Shown one piece after another: positions 12,611 through 24,034 of a stretch of DNA of 64,000 bases; position 1 is the stretch's first letter, and each line of letters begins with the position of its first letter. The notes under the pieces are model-generated. The model ran no database searches. It saw nothing but the letters and a program-made list of their open reading frames with translations, and was not told the DNA's origin. The DNA lies in the NCBI GenBank assembly GCA_011109175.1, contig RDEW01000015.1, positions 1,142,868 to 1,206,867 on the forward strand, given 5' to 3'. Both the position numbers and the translations under genes were made by a program. Source of the stretch: Dicyema japonicum (taxonomy: Eukaryota; Animalia; Dicyemida).

Positions 12611-13151
12611 TGACGTTTAACGAAGCCAGATGGGCAAGACAACCCCGAAAAATTTAGTAAAGGTTATTTGCCTTTGATTTTACAAAAGCTCAAATCGAGT
12701 CGTCATCAAGAAGTCTTAATACTTTGCTTAAAATGGTGTTGAGCCTAAGCCCAATTTTTGAAGAGACTCCGGACAGCAAGCAATCACGCTTAAAGGGGTA
12801 TAGAAAATTAAATGTGAATATAAATTCATAACATTTTTTAAAAAAATCATTATTTATTCTTTTTTGTGACTCAATTCTATGTAAAGTCAATAATATTTAA
12901 TTTACGATTGAATGTTAAGTGTTGTCTTAATTCAATTCGTTAATGATATTTTACTGAAGGAATCATCATTGGTGCAATCATGAATTGATTATCTGTTAAT
13001 CAGTTGACATATTTGTGGTCATCTCAATTTTGTCAATCTTATTTTTGAATAGATTGTGAGAAATTAATTTTTCAAATTAAAAAATGAAATACTCTCAGTT
13101 AACATAATCTACCATTTTCTTAAAGATTTAAGTTTATTTTGTAAAATAAAG

Positions 13152-13450
13152 GGTGGCATAGTGGTTAGGTGTCGAACTAAAATGACTTAGGTTAAGGGTT
13201 CGATTCTCGCTGCTGTTCACCTAATGGAAGGTTCCACGCATCTACGATGCTAAAAGGGTTTGACGAGTGACGCCTTCATCAGTGGATTGTCTAGAAAAAA
13301 ACCCACAAGAAAAAGAAAAAAAAGTGAAGATCATTCCTTGGTTCTACGATTTGTTAAAATTAACTGTTCTTTACTTAAATAAAGTGTGTGTCATTCTTAT
13401 GCGGAGCTATAAATATTATGGCTCTCGTGAAAAGGCTGTTATTATTATTA
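13152..13450 (+). mobile_element. tRNA-derived SINE, copy B, with 13-bp TSD
   Basis: A box GGTGGCATAGTGG, B box GGTTCGATTC, (ATT)n tail; TTGTAAAATAAAG at 13139-13151 and 13451-13463. Confidence 0.9.
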
Positions 13451-13481
13451 TTGTAAAATAAAGATGAGTTGGTTATTTTGA

Positions 13482-15385
13482 CTAAAAATCATGTATTAAT
13501 GTGTTCATTTCAGATTGTTCGAGAGTAAAACCTGATTTGAGAATATTAATAAACGTGACAACAAAATATCCAGCCAAATCTAAAATTATCAAAATATTAA
13601 CAAAAAAGTAATAGAATGATCAAAATAATCCAAGATTTATAATCAATGTGAACAAGAATTATAATAGTAAAGAGATTCATGATAAACGGAAGGAATGGAA
13701 CAAACGGCATCTAAAATAATTTATGATAAAACTAGAAAATATTCAGAATCTCTGTTTTGTGGTATTTTATAAATAAATATATTCAACATTAGACAAATAA
13801 GAAATAAAAATCCAACAACTCCATAATGTAGAAATGAGTTTACGATTTTCTGTCTAATCAAAATAGAAATGACAATCGAAAGAATAGCTTTAAGATAAAT
13901 ACAAAGTAAACTTAATATAGAAATTGAAATCCTAATTTGCTTTATTTTATAAAATTTTGAAGAATCCATATTATAGTATCTAAAAATATAAAAATAATAA
14001 AACCGAATATCAATAATCAATATGTTGAGAATAATAACCACTAACAAGCATGTCACAACAGATATATCTAATGCTATTGTGGGGGAAAGAAATGGTGAAA
14101 TCAAACTACATAATAAAATAAAATGTTAACCACTTAAAAAACAAATTAAAAAACTAAATCGACAAATCATTTTTATCTGTGTTTTTATTTTTCATAAATT
14201 TAGGTATAAAGTCATCCATTGCCATTGAGTAGAGTACCTGAGAACCAGCAAAAATATCTCCGTATAGACTTGAGGTCATTCCACAAATACAACCAACAGA
14301 TATTGTATAAAACAGTGGATAATTATGTTCTTTCAGAAATAATGAAGAAAAAGGAGCCTTAATATCAATAAGATAATAAGGAGCCATCAGTGAGACAACT
14401 ACAGTAACAACTGTATAAGCAATTGTAGCAATTAAAAGAGATAATATGGTGGAGATGGGAATTGTTCTTTTTGGATTCTTTACATGTCCAGCTAGTTTAT
14501 GATTATTATTAAAACCAATTGCTCCAATCACGTCAACTCCAGATAAAGAGAAAATCCACCTAAAGAGGCTGTAAAAATTCCATTAATTCCAAATGGAAGA
14601 AATCCTCCCTTTCCTATGTTTGTTACGTTAGACACGTTTTGCTAATATTTATGAATAAAAATACAATATTTATTGTCCAAAATTCAAAATGAGAGATCTT
14701 GGCCCCGTTTATAATAACCATAAATAAAACAATCATATTTGTTAAAACAAACATAATTGCTACTTTGGTTGAATTTTCATGTTTAAAGTAAAATAAAACT
14801 GAATATAATTAACAAAAACTTGATATTATAGAGATTATAAGACTGGAAGTTGGATTAAAGGTTTCCATAAGATAATCAGATTTTAATAATTTGATATGAC
14901 TAAAATATTTAGAGATTTGACCATTAGCGAGAGAGTCAATATAGAATGACCATGCTTGAGATATTACTACCGAACCTGAATATTAATATTAAGGATAACC
15001 AAACAAATATGAAATAAACATCAACGTTCCAATAATAAAGGCTAATAATTCTCCACACATAGCATAACCAAAAACATAGAATGATCCTGAAGAAGGATGA
15101 CGTGTTCCAATCTCAGCATATACGAGTCCTTAGCTTTAATACATTTAAGTCAACCAAAAAGATTGTTATAACTCCAGAAATTAATATTGACAAAAATGCT
15201 GAAGGTCCAGCTTGCTGTCTGATCATTACTCCTGAAGTGGCATAAATCCCTGATCCTACAATACAACCAATGCCTATTCAAGCAATAAAACAAGTTAAAC
15301 ATATGACTGTTGATTGAAATACTCCAATATATCTGTTCAGTTCTCTTCTTTGGGTTCTACCATCATGGTGTTTTCGTTTTGTCAT
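13482..15385 (-). CDS. Cationic amino acid transporter (SLC7/CAT family, APC superfamily), multi-exon
   Basis: Spliced by eye: MTKRKH...CIGCIVGSGIYATSG...QAGPSAF, YAEIGTRHPSSGSFYVFGY...GELLAFIIG, KNPKRTIPIS, MPFVPFLP; examples of 22- and 27-nt GT-AG introns; stop TAG at 13482. Confidence 0.85.
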
Positions 15386-16155
15386 ATTATAAATGAATTC
15401 GTTAATATATTTGGTTATATAGTTTATATTCATCACATATATTATTGATAACCAATCTTTTATAAGAAATCTGACCGAACTTTATAGATAACGATAATAT
15501 TTATTAGTCTTCTCATATCGATATTTGGAAGATTTGGGAAGATATTGTTTGCTTGAGAGTCTGACTGAAGGAACTGAGGAAAGAAAACTCGCCCAAGAAT
15601 GTCCAAACTAGTTATTATGAAGAACGTGAAATTGGGTGGGTCTACCTCAAAATGACCAATGATAAACTAATTCCGTAGTTGAATGGCTACTTGATTGAAT
15701 AATTCTCTTCCTTCTTTCCTTCTAGTGACGTCATCAGATCCACCTTATTCAGGAGACACCTAGTGACTGGCCAGCATTCAACAGGATCCATTTCTTCATC
15801 CCAGCGGAAAAAACGTAGTTGTTGATGTGCGTCAAAATTTTACCAAAAGGAAATGTTAGAAAATCAGTAACAACAATGAAAGAAAATCTTGAAAATACAG
15901 AAATACAAGCTTCAAAGAAATCAGAAGCAATCGTGCATCAAAAAAAGAAGACCCAACGCTAGTAGAAATGACAGAAAGAAATAAAAAGATCAGTTCTGGA
16001 GATGAAAAGAACCCGAATGTTTTAATTATTTAGCTTTCAGCCATCGACAAGATTAGGGGAAATATCAAGTTTGTAAATCTTATGTGGACTGAAATCTTGA
16101 TGGGAAAATGTTATTAAGTTTTAAGACTTGAATTTAAGAAAATAGACAGATAAAA

Positions 16156-19100
16156 TTAAATTAAATTATTAACCCCGGCTTCGCCAGCAAGTGGGAAGCC
16201 GGCGACCATCAGAGAGCGTGCAGTCCGGACAGGCCGCTCCCAGAGATCCTCGACTTTTGCATCCGGTGGTCCAGGGCAGGGAAAAAGGTCCGAACTACTC
16301 TGCCAGCCAGGAAAGGGTGGTGTCCACATCGTAGCCGAGCCAGTCCGATTCTGATCTTCCTCGGGAGCGATTGTTCCGTTGGACTGATATCAGGGGGGAA
16401 GCGCTCCAAGACTTTGTTATATTGAAGTGTCCTAATGGCCCGTGTTGAGATGAAATCATGGATTCGGCGGGTCCAAGTTGAGTCTTCTTGAGGGGGGTGA
16501 TCTTCGACAAGGCTCTTTGTAGGTCAAAGAGGGTCCTGCGTATGTATCTGCGGTTATTGTTACTTAGCAGAGCGTGAACTGGGTGATTCGGGTCGAACGA
16601 CTGCCGTAGGAATTGTAAATTACGCATTTCCAGGTGGTCATAGAGCGGGAGGATTTTCGACTCCCAATGTAAATGGTCGGTGGGGGTTGACTTTAAGCAG
16701 CCAGTTATTATTCTCAGCGCCGAGTTTTGCACTTTCTGCAGTTCTTGAGAAAGGGACAAGGAGATTGAGGGGGCCCAACTTGGTGAGGCGTAGTTGAGTG
16801 TAGTCCTGATGAACTGTTTGTAGAGAAGAGTTAAGTTTTCTTTTTGCTGACCGTTTGAGTGGCCAGCTACTGCCCGTAATATGTTAAGTTTCCGCTTGGC
16901 TTTTGTCATTACTTCCTCCACTTGTCTGTTGAAACAGAGTGAAGGATCGAAGACAACTCCAAGGATCTTCGGGTATTTATTTAAGGGGAGTGGTTCGTCT
17001 CCCAACGAGAGTGTGGGGTTTAGGTTGAATTGTCTTCGATCGGTTGTGAACAGGGTAGCTGATGACTTCGAGGTGGAAACACTCATCCAGTTTAAGTTCA
17101 TCCAGTCGGATAGCAAGTTCAGGTGGTACTGCACTTTTTCGGTGGCCAGTCGAACATCGCCACTCCTGGATGCGATTACTAGATCATCGGCATATGTCAA
17201 TAGTAACGTATTTTGGGTTGTTGGGATGTCTTTGACGTAAAGGTTGAAAAGTGAGGGTGAAAGGACTGATCCCTGGGGAACACCGTTTGGTAGGAGTCGA
17301 TATCTTGATAGATTTGAATATAGACACGTATGACCCAGTCTTCCCGAGAGGAAATTTGTGAGCCATGACTTCCATACAGAGGGAATATTTGAAGAATAGA
17401 TCTTGTTGCAGAGGACCACACGGGAGATTCTGTCGAAAGCTTTAGTTAGGTCAATAGAGGCCAAGACAGTTCGTTCCGGGGGTTTGCAGTTGTTGAAACC
17501 GTTGGAGATGTATTGGGTTAGTGTCAGTAAGTGCGTGGTGGTCGAGTGTAAAGGACGGAAACCATGTTGTGAGTCGGAGAGGTCGAGGTAGGGGGTGATT
17601 TCGTTAAGAATGATCCTTTCGAGGATTTTTGAGACAACAGATGTTAAGGAAATTGGCCTGAACGAAGAGGGCAAGGAGGAGGCTTTGTTGTTCTTGAGTA
17701 TTGGGATAATGTTCGACTTCTTCCATAACATCGGGATGAAACACCTGTTGATGGAGAATTCGTAGATATCTTTAAGTGCCAAGAGCCCGTTTGGACCGAG
17801 GTGCTTTAGGTGGAATATGCTGATCCGATCGGGTCCCGTGGCTGGTGAGTTTCTTGAGTTTGTAATGAGGTTTTGAACATGACTTATTGATACTTCGAAT
17901 CGTGCCTTTGTTACCCTTGGGGGTTTAGTAATATGAGGTCGATTTTCTTTATTCATTGGAATATGACTCATTTTGCAATAGTGAGTCATCAAGTCATTTG
18001 CCTGGCAGTGGAAATCTTTCGTTTGGTTGTCCTTTCCAAGTCTACCTCCATGGGTTGTGCTCGATTCGGTTTGATTTGATTGTATTTCTCTGATAAATCT
18101 CCAGAAACTTTGGGGTTTTGATTTTGGATTCAATCGAGAGACGAAAGTGGACCACTTCTCCTTTTTGAGCTCCGTAATGAGGTGGGTTATCTTCTTGTTT
18201 AGGGAAGAAATTTCATCTTGGAGTTGCTGGTTGGTTGTTCGGGAACGTTTTAGGTCTTCTCTCACAGATGAGATCCAATATTTCTTTGTTGAAAAATAGT
18301 TTGTAATCATGGATGAATCCTTTAGGGACGTGCTTTCTATCCGCCGAAAGGATGGCTGAGTTGAAATGTGCAATGGCTTTGTCTGGAGAGGTAAAATTTT
18401 CACAGAGAAGTTTTCCAGCGACGTTTCGACGTCAACCGTGAAGTCGATCCATCTCGCCCTTTTGTAGTTCACATAGGTTCGCCTCGACATAGTTCGTCCG
18501 AAATGCAAGAAGATGTCGATCAGAATAGGGTTATGATCTGAGGGTAAGTCATATCTGACATCCCAGTAGATCGATTTTGCAAGGGGAGCTGAGCATATGG
18601 AGAGGTCGGGAGACGTGTTAGGATCCCCAGGGCGTGTTCCACATCTCGTGTGTTGGCGGGGGTTATTAATATCACTAGGTGTTCCAGTTCAGAGATCACT
18701 TGTTTCCCTCTGTGGTCCGAATTCTGGTTTCGGAACCATAGTGGATCTTTAGCGTTTAGATCGCCGCAAATAACTATGTTTTCGTATAGTTGAAGGAATT
18801 CTAGGTTTGGTCGGTAACTCTTCTGGCAGCAAGACGAAGGGGGAATGTAGATATTCAGAATTGTGTAAGGAGTTGACATAATATTGATGGTGATGGATAG
18901 CAATTCCATATGTTTATCAGAAGCCGCTGTCAATGTGTGGTCAGTGGTATCCGTGAATGGGATGGAGTTGTGAATGAGGGTGACCAGGCCACCACCGTGA
19001 GATCCATTTGATCGCTCAGAACGGAGCAAAGAGTAGTTTTTGAATTTTGGTGTTTGGGAGAAGGCAGACAAACGTGACTCCTGTAGAAGGGCAATGTCAA

Positions 19101-19389
19101 TACGGTGTTTAACCAAGTACTCAGCCAATTCGGTATGTTTCGAGGTGATTCCATTGATGTTAAGTTGTAAGATTCTGATGGGTCTATTCTGCGGCCCTGG
19201 GTTTAGTTCAATGTCACCGGATGTCAGGAGGGATTCTTGGGAGCGAAAGCTTCGTGCCCGCTCAATGGTCGCCATCGAGATCTCCTTGAAGAGAGACGAT
19301 AGGGAAATGGTGTGGTTCTTTTTCATGTGTGCTGTGTAGGGCACAGGCACAACCAAATGACACCTCTTGGTGAGCCACAACGTCATTTT
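16156..19389 (-). mobile_element. Apparently full-length (3234 bp) single-ORF Ingi/Vingi-like non-LTR retrotransposon: 2A-APE-RT, no RNase H
   Basis: TSD CAGATAAAA at 16147-16155 and 19390-19398. APE motifs LQLNING, LLQESR, NIYIPP, GDLNAK, SDHNPI; RT motifs FRPISLTS, QHGFR, DLTKAFD, GVPQGSVLSP, YADD; C-terminal LPR..RIGLARLRCGH and DLWERP. A few 1-nt indels (~18665, ~18390, ~18255, ~16480). Confidence 0.9.
19192..19260 (-). other. 2A-like ribosomal-skipping peptide (…ESLLTSGDIELNPG|P)
   Basis: Exact D(V/I)ExNPGP consensus at 19215-19192, in frame and five residues upstream of the first APE strand (IRILQLN). Confidence 0.85.
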
Positions 19390-20949
19390 CAGATAAAACC
19401 TCCTCTATTAAAGAACTTCAACTGTCTCCTCCTTTCGGAGAGAAAACCAAGCGAGGTGCTTGTAGATGTACGAACTTATGGCTTATGTGAAAGAACTTTC
19501 CTCCACCATTGAGTCACTAAAACGTTTTGCATTGGATGGAAAAAGACTCCGTATTTTAAAGATGAGATTAAAGTCGAGGGCAGAAGTTGCTTCTTTGATA
19601 CTTCTGGGTGTTATTATTGGAGAGATGGAAATAAGTTCTGAATGGGCCAGATGGTCGCCACCAAGATTCTACAACTGTCATCATTTCGGACACATCGCTA
19701 CTCATTGAAATGAGGCAAGATGTTTTTCCTATGGAGAACCGCTTGGTTCTCTGGAGTCCCCGGAACTGACCAGCGGAAGATCTTGTGGCGGCTGTTCAAT
19801 GGCAATTAATAAATAAAGTAAATAAATAAAATAGAAACTGTGATTTCTATGAGAAGAGGAGATAACTATCGTGTGTTAATAACATGGCAGAGAGGTAAGA
19901 ATCCTCCTTCCTCACAGAACCTAGATATGAAGCCAACTGAACAAGTATGACATCATGATAAAGGTCAGTCATCTAATCCGATATTGTGAAATTAGCATGG
20001 AAGGAGTCAATTGTAGATTATGAAAATCTAAAAAGCTCTTGCTAGAGGCGTATCCAGAGAGTCTCTGAAAAAAACAAAGTTAACATCTGATTAACCGCGG
20101 TAATGTGAATTTGGACTTATTAAAAAGATCAAGCCGCCAAGACTTGAAATCGAAAGCATAAAATGGCCGATCAATCATGAGGAAAAACGAAGTTAGCAAA
20201 GGCAACGAAACGAAGATGAAGACATATGAGATTTCTGTACTGCATGAGTTTTATTATGTATCTCTACTTTGGAATGAAGCAGTAATACCAGGGACCAAGA
20301 CATCGATTTGTATTGGTACCACTTGAAGATAAGAAATCCGAAAATTATTTGACGGTTGGGTCGCTATTAGCTGTCTGTATTCAGAATTTCTGAGAAAATG
20401 AGAGATCTCAGTTCTTTGAAAACCCGATTCAAGAACACTTCCGTCAGTTGTAAGACAACAGTAATGACAAGCTCCTGAAAAAAACTATATGAAGGATTTG
20501 TATGTGGAATCCTTGAAGTATTTCGGAACCACTCAGAAGATCCCTCTTTGATTTTCCTGGCTTAAGGACCATCCTCACTATAGACCTTTTTCATGGGTGT
20601 AGAATAAAGAGAGAATATCTCCTTTGCCGATCAAATATATCCTCAAAATAGTTCCTTTACAGGCTTCCGCTTCAAAAGAAAGGTGGAGATGTATGTCCGC
20701 CCTTTATCAATTTTATCACACGTCCTACCGTCTTGGGACTGCACTTCATTCTTCGGCGTAAGAATTTCATAATAGTAATCTTCCACGATGGATTTGGGCA
20801 GGGCAAGTTCCCTTTCAACAACTGTGTCCTGCCCGAAGGACTCGTCGCCTCACTGTTAGGATTTGTTTGACGAGAATTGACCTACGATGATAAGTCCATT
20901 TTAATAATCAAACCCACGACATCAGAAGTTACGTTCAGCCTCCGGCCTT

Positions 20950-23947
20950 ATTTATTATTATTTAAGCACTTCACGAGAGCCATACTAATTATAGCCCCGC
21001 ATGTGCAGCAAAAAAACAAGGTTGGATGTCATCCTTTTTCATGCTCCCCTGTTCCTAGCCAAGGCTCTCATGTTGTCTAGGTCGTCGGCATTTATTAGAT
21101 ATTTTTGATATTGACCAGGTCTTTTTGTAAGACTATTGGCAGTGTTGTTCTTGGTCTTCCACGATAGCGGCCTTCTTGACTAACATAGTATGTTTCCATA
21201 GATATGTTAGGTGGGGATGTTAATTCCATCCTCAGCACGTGTCCGAAGAGCTTCCATCGGGATTCCAGTACTTCTAAGCTGATAGGTCTAGTGCTGCATC
21301 TCTTATATAAAGCATTCCTCGATATTCTCGTAGGCCAAGTAGTTCCTGTTATTTTTCTCAGCTGACCTCTGTGGAACGAGTCTAGTTTTTCCATATCCGC
21401 TGATGAGGTCGCCCAAGTTCCAGCGTTATATAAAAGTACGGGTTTTATGAATGAGTCGTATATAAGATTCTCATTTTCGTGTCGATGCCTTTTTGATTGA
21501 GCCATAGATTCTTCAGTTTATATAACGCAGCATTGGCTAGAGTTTTTTTACGTAAAATATCTTCGCTATCTCCCAAAAGTGAACCGAGTTTCTTTACTTG
21601 TTGCCACTTCTCACCTAGGACGTTACTCATCCTTCTTATCTCTGTGAGTTCTGTTTTCTCTCTGTTCACAGTAAGAACCATTTCCCTAGTACAATCTGGT
21701 GCTTTTTCTAATAGGTTTTCTAGGACCTCTTTGTCTTCAGAAATTAGGTCTACATCGTCCGCCGTAGATTACTTCTTCCGTCTTTCCTTGGTATAACGGT
21801 CTGAGTTCCCTCATAGCGGCTTCTAAATAAATTGTGAATAGTAGGGAGAAAGAGAGTCTCCTTGTGGAGTGCCCGTGTTTGTTTCAAATTTTCTTGAATA
21901 GGTCTTTCCGACTCTCACAAGGAGCTGAGTGTTAGAAAGTAGAATTCGGGTCATCCTTAGACTCGATTCATCAAGAAATCCGCTCAGTACCCCATTAATT
22001 TGTTCCTGTTAACCGTATCAAAAGCTCTTGATAGGTCAATTCCCAGAATATTGGTGGCGTTACGGTATCTTTGATATGTTGCACACCTCCATCTGTGACT
22101 CCAGACCGCATCAGCTGTGGATCTTCCTTCTCGAAAACCACTTTGACTATCTGGTAGGTATTTGTAAGCAGATCCTTTATTCGTTCAAGCACAATGTTTC
22201 AAGACTTTGCGAATGAATTTAGTAGTATGATGGGTCGCAAATTTTCGAGCGGTCCTCTGTTTTTTGTATGGGGATAGTAGTCCCGTACCCAGAGGTAGAG
22301 TTGAGTTAGTTGAAACATTTCATTTATTAGTGTAGCGATTTTTTCAAAAAGGAGCGTCAGGGCCGTATTTCAGTAATTCTGGCGTTTATCGCATCTGGTC
22401 CGGGGCTTCTGTTATATTTTAGTTTTCGGCAGGCCATTTTGATTTCCTCGGCCGTGATTGGTATCTCCAGGGGTTTTGGCCTTCCATCAAATGGGTGGAT
22501 TTCTATGGTTTTGATGTTGAAAAGCTTCTCAAATGAGCCGCGATGGCTTCAGTTTGTTCTTTGGTGTTCAGTATCAGCTTACCGTTTTCTTCTATGGTTA
22601 GTCGACTTGGGTTCGTTCGCCGCAGCAAACGGGCAGCGACGTACACCTGTGCGTTGTCCTTCACTTTGTTTACTTCTATACAGGAAGCTATTTCTTCTAT
22701 GAAAAGATTCTTGTTCAGACCCTTTATTTTTCTTCTGACACGTTGCTTTCGCCTTGAAAGGCTTTTATCGTATTAGTGTCAGTGGCATTTGATTTTCTCA
22801 TATTTATTTTTTTAGACTTTTCGCAAGCTCAGGAACATCTGGATGAATAGCCTTCAGGTGCATTTTACTATTCTCCCTTTTGCCAAGACATGCTTCAGCA
22901 GCTTCGTTGATGGTGTCCTTTGTGCGTTTCCAGGCGTCTTCTAACGAGGTATCCACCAATACGTCCTGCATATGAGTCTGAATGTATTGTTGATATCTCT
23001 CAGTAGTCTCCGGTTGGAAATAAGCCTTTCAGTCGCCTCTGATTTTCTCAAATTCGTGATTTTTGCATTCTTGTATTTGATGGCATGTTTTTTCAGGGTG
23101 AAGGTCGCGATAACCATATTGTGGTCGCTGACAGTCGTCGAGCCTTCACATGAACGTGCGTTTACTAGAAGGTGTTTGTCTTTAGCCCGGCATATGACAT
23201 AATCTATTTGGTTGTATAATGGGACCAGCTTTCCATCTGAGTTCCTTCGCTTCCCCATCCATTGTGGCAGGCAGGATGCGTAAATGCAGTATTGCATAGG
23301 AAATGGTTGTTTGCCATACAAAAGTGACCAAGTATTGTCTCGGGTAGGTTTCTTATTCCACGTCCATGTTTTCTCATGAAAACGTCATCCGGGTTATTCT
23401 TCAACCCGATTTTGCATTCAAATCCCAGCAATGAGTATTAGTGATGTCGACTCATATTCGTTGTACGTCCGTAACAGTGCTGAATAGAAGTCGTCTAGTT
23501 CTGTCGGATCTTTCGCTACTCTCCCGCAGTGTGGCGCATAAACATTTACAATTGTCAGAAAGCTCTTCGAATGGGGTAAGTCGTTTAGCCGGATTTGTAT
23601 AACATAGATCCTGTCATTCACACTCCATATACAATGGACTGCACTTGTCAACTTTGAGTGGATGGCAAATCCAAGTCCATAATGTTTTGAGTTCGGATGA
23701 CATATAATTCGATATTCGTCATAGTTCTCATCAAGGCTACAAGTACTTTCGTCTCTTGTAGGCACCCAATAGATACGTCGTATCTCTCCAGGTCGTCACA
23801 GAGAATCTTCTTCGACCAGGTCGTAGATAAGCCTCTAGCATTGAACGTAAGGACCTTTAGACGAGATGTATCCCTTTGTATCCATTGCCTTTTAGACATT
23901 TTTCTCAATTGGATCCAATCAAGAAACGAGGCACGTCACCACCTCAT
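20950..23947 (-). mobile_element. RTE-clade LINE, 2998 bp, with 10-bp TSD; ORF fragmented
   Basis: CTCCGGCCTT at 20940-20949 and 23948-23957. APE LTFNARGL, CLQETK, VNVYAPH, NQIDYV, SDHNMV; RT ILGIDLSRAFDTV, GTPQGDSLSPLLF, ADDVDL; RTE C-terminus RWKLFGHVLRM...RGRPRTT; (TAA)-type tail. Confidence 0.9.
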
Positions 23948-24034
23948 CTCCGGCCTTGTAGCCAATAAATGTAAAATTAATAAAATATTTTATGGAAAAT
24001 TAATAAAATATTAGTATCCATTGGAGATAAAAAA

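Larger units (their letters stand above)
15640..19830 (+). mobile_element. Older retroelement relic (5' head plus gag-like ORF1), split by the LINE inserted at 16156-19389
   Basis: The head matches 45010-45150 and 55600-55760; after 19399 there is a degenerate CCHC knuckle FYNCHHFGHIATH*...RCF.YGE (~19665-19740) and an A-rich tail at ~19805-19830. Confidence 0.45.

Noticed and set aside
13152-13225. tRNA gene calls for the SINE heads (also 3300-3374, 44225-44295)
   Set aside because: A and B boxes are present but there is no acceptor stem or clear anticodon arm, and each is followed by the SINE body and tail.
18655-18675. Programmed frameshift between APE and RT
   Set aside because: The break lies inside the APE domain, there is no slippery heptamer, and a single missing A explains it.
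16881-19339. Plus-strand ORFs (16881-17240, 17403-17591, 19040-19339) and similar short ORFs over other elements
   Set aside because: They are antisense shadows of retroelement coding sequence with no independent gene features.
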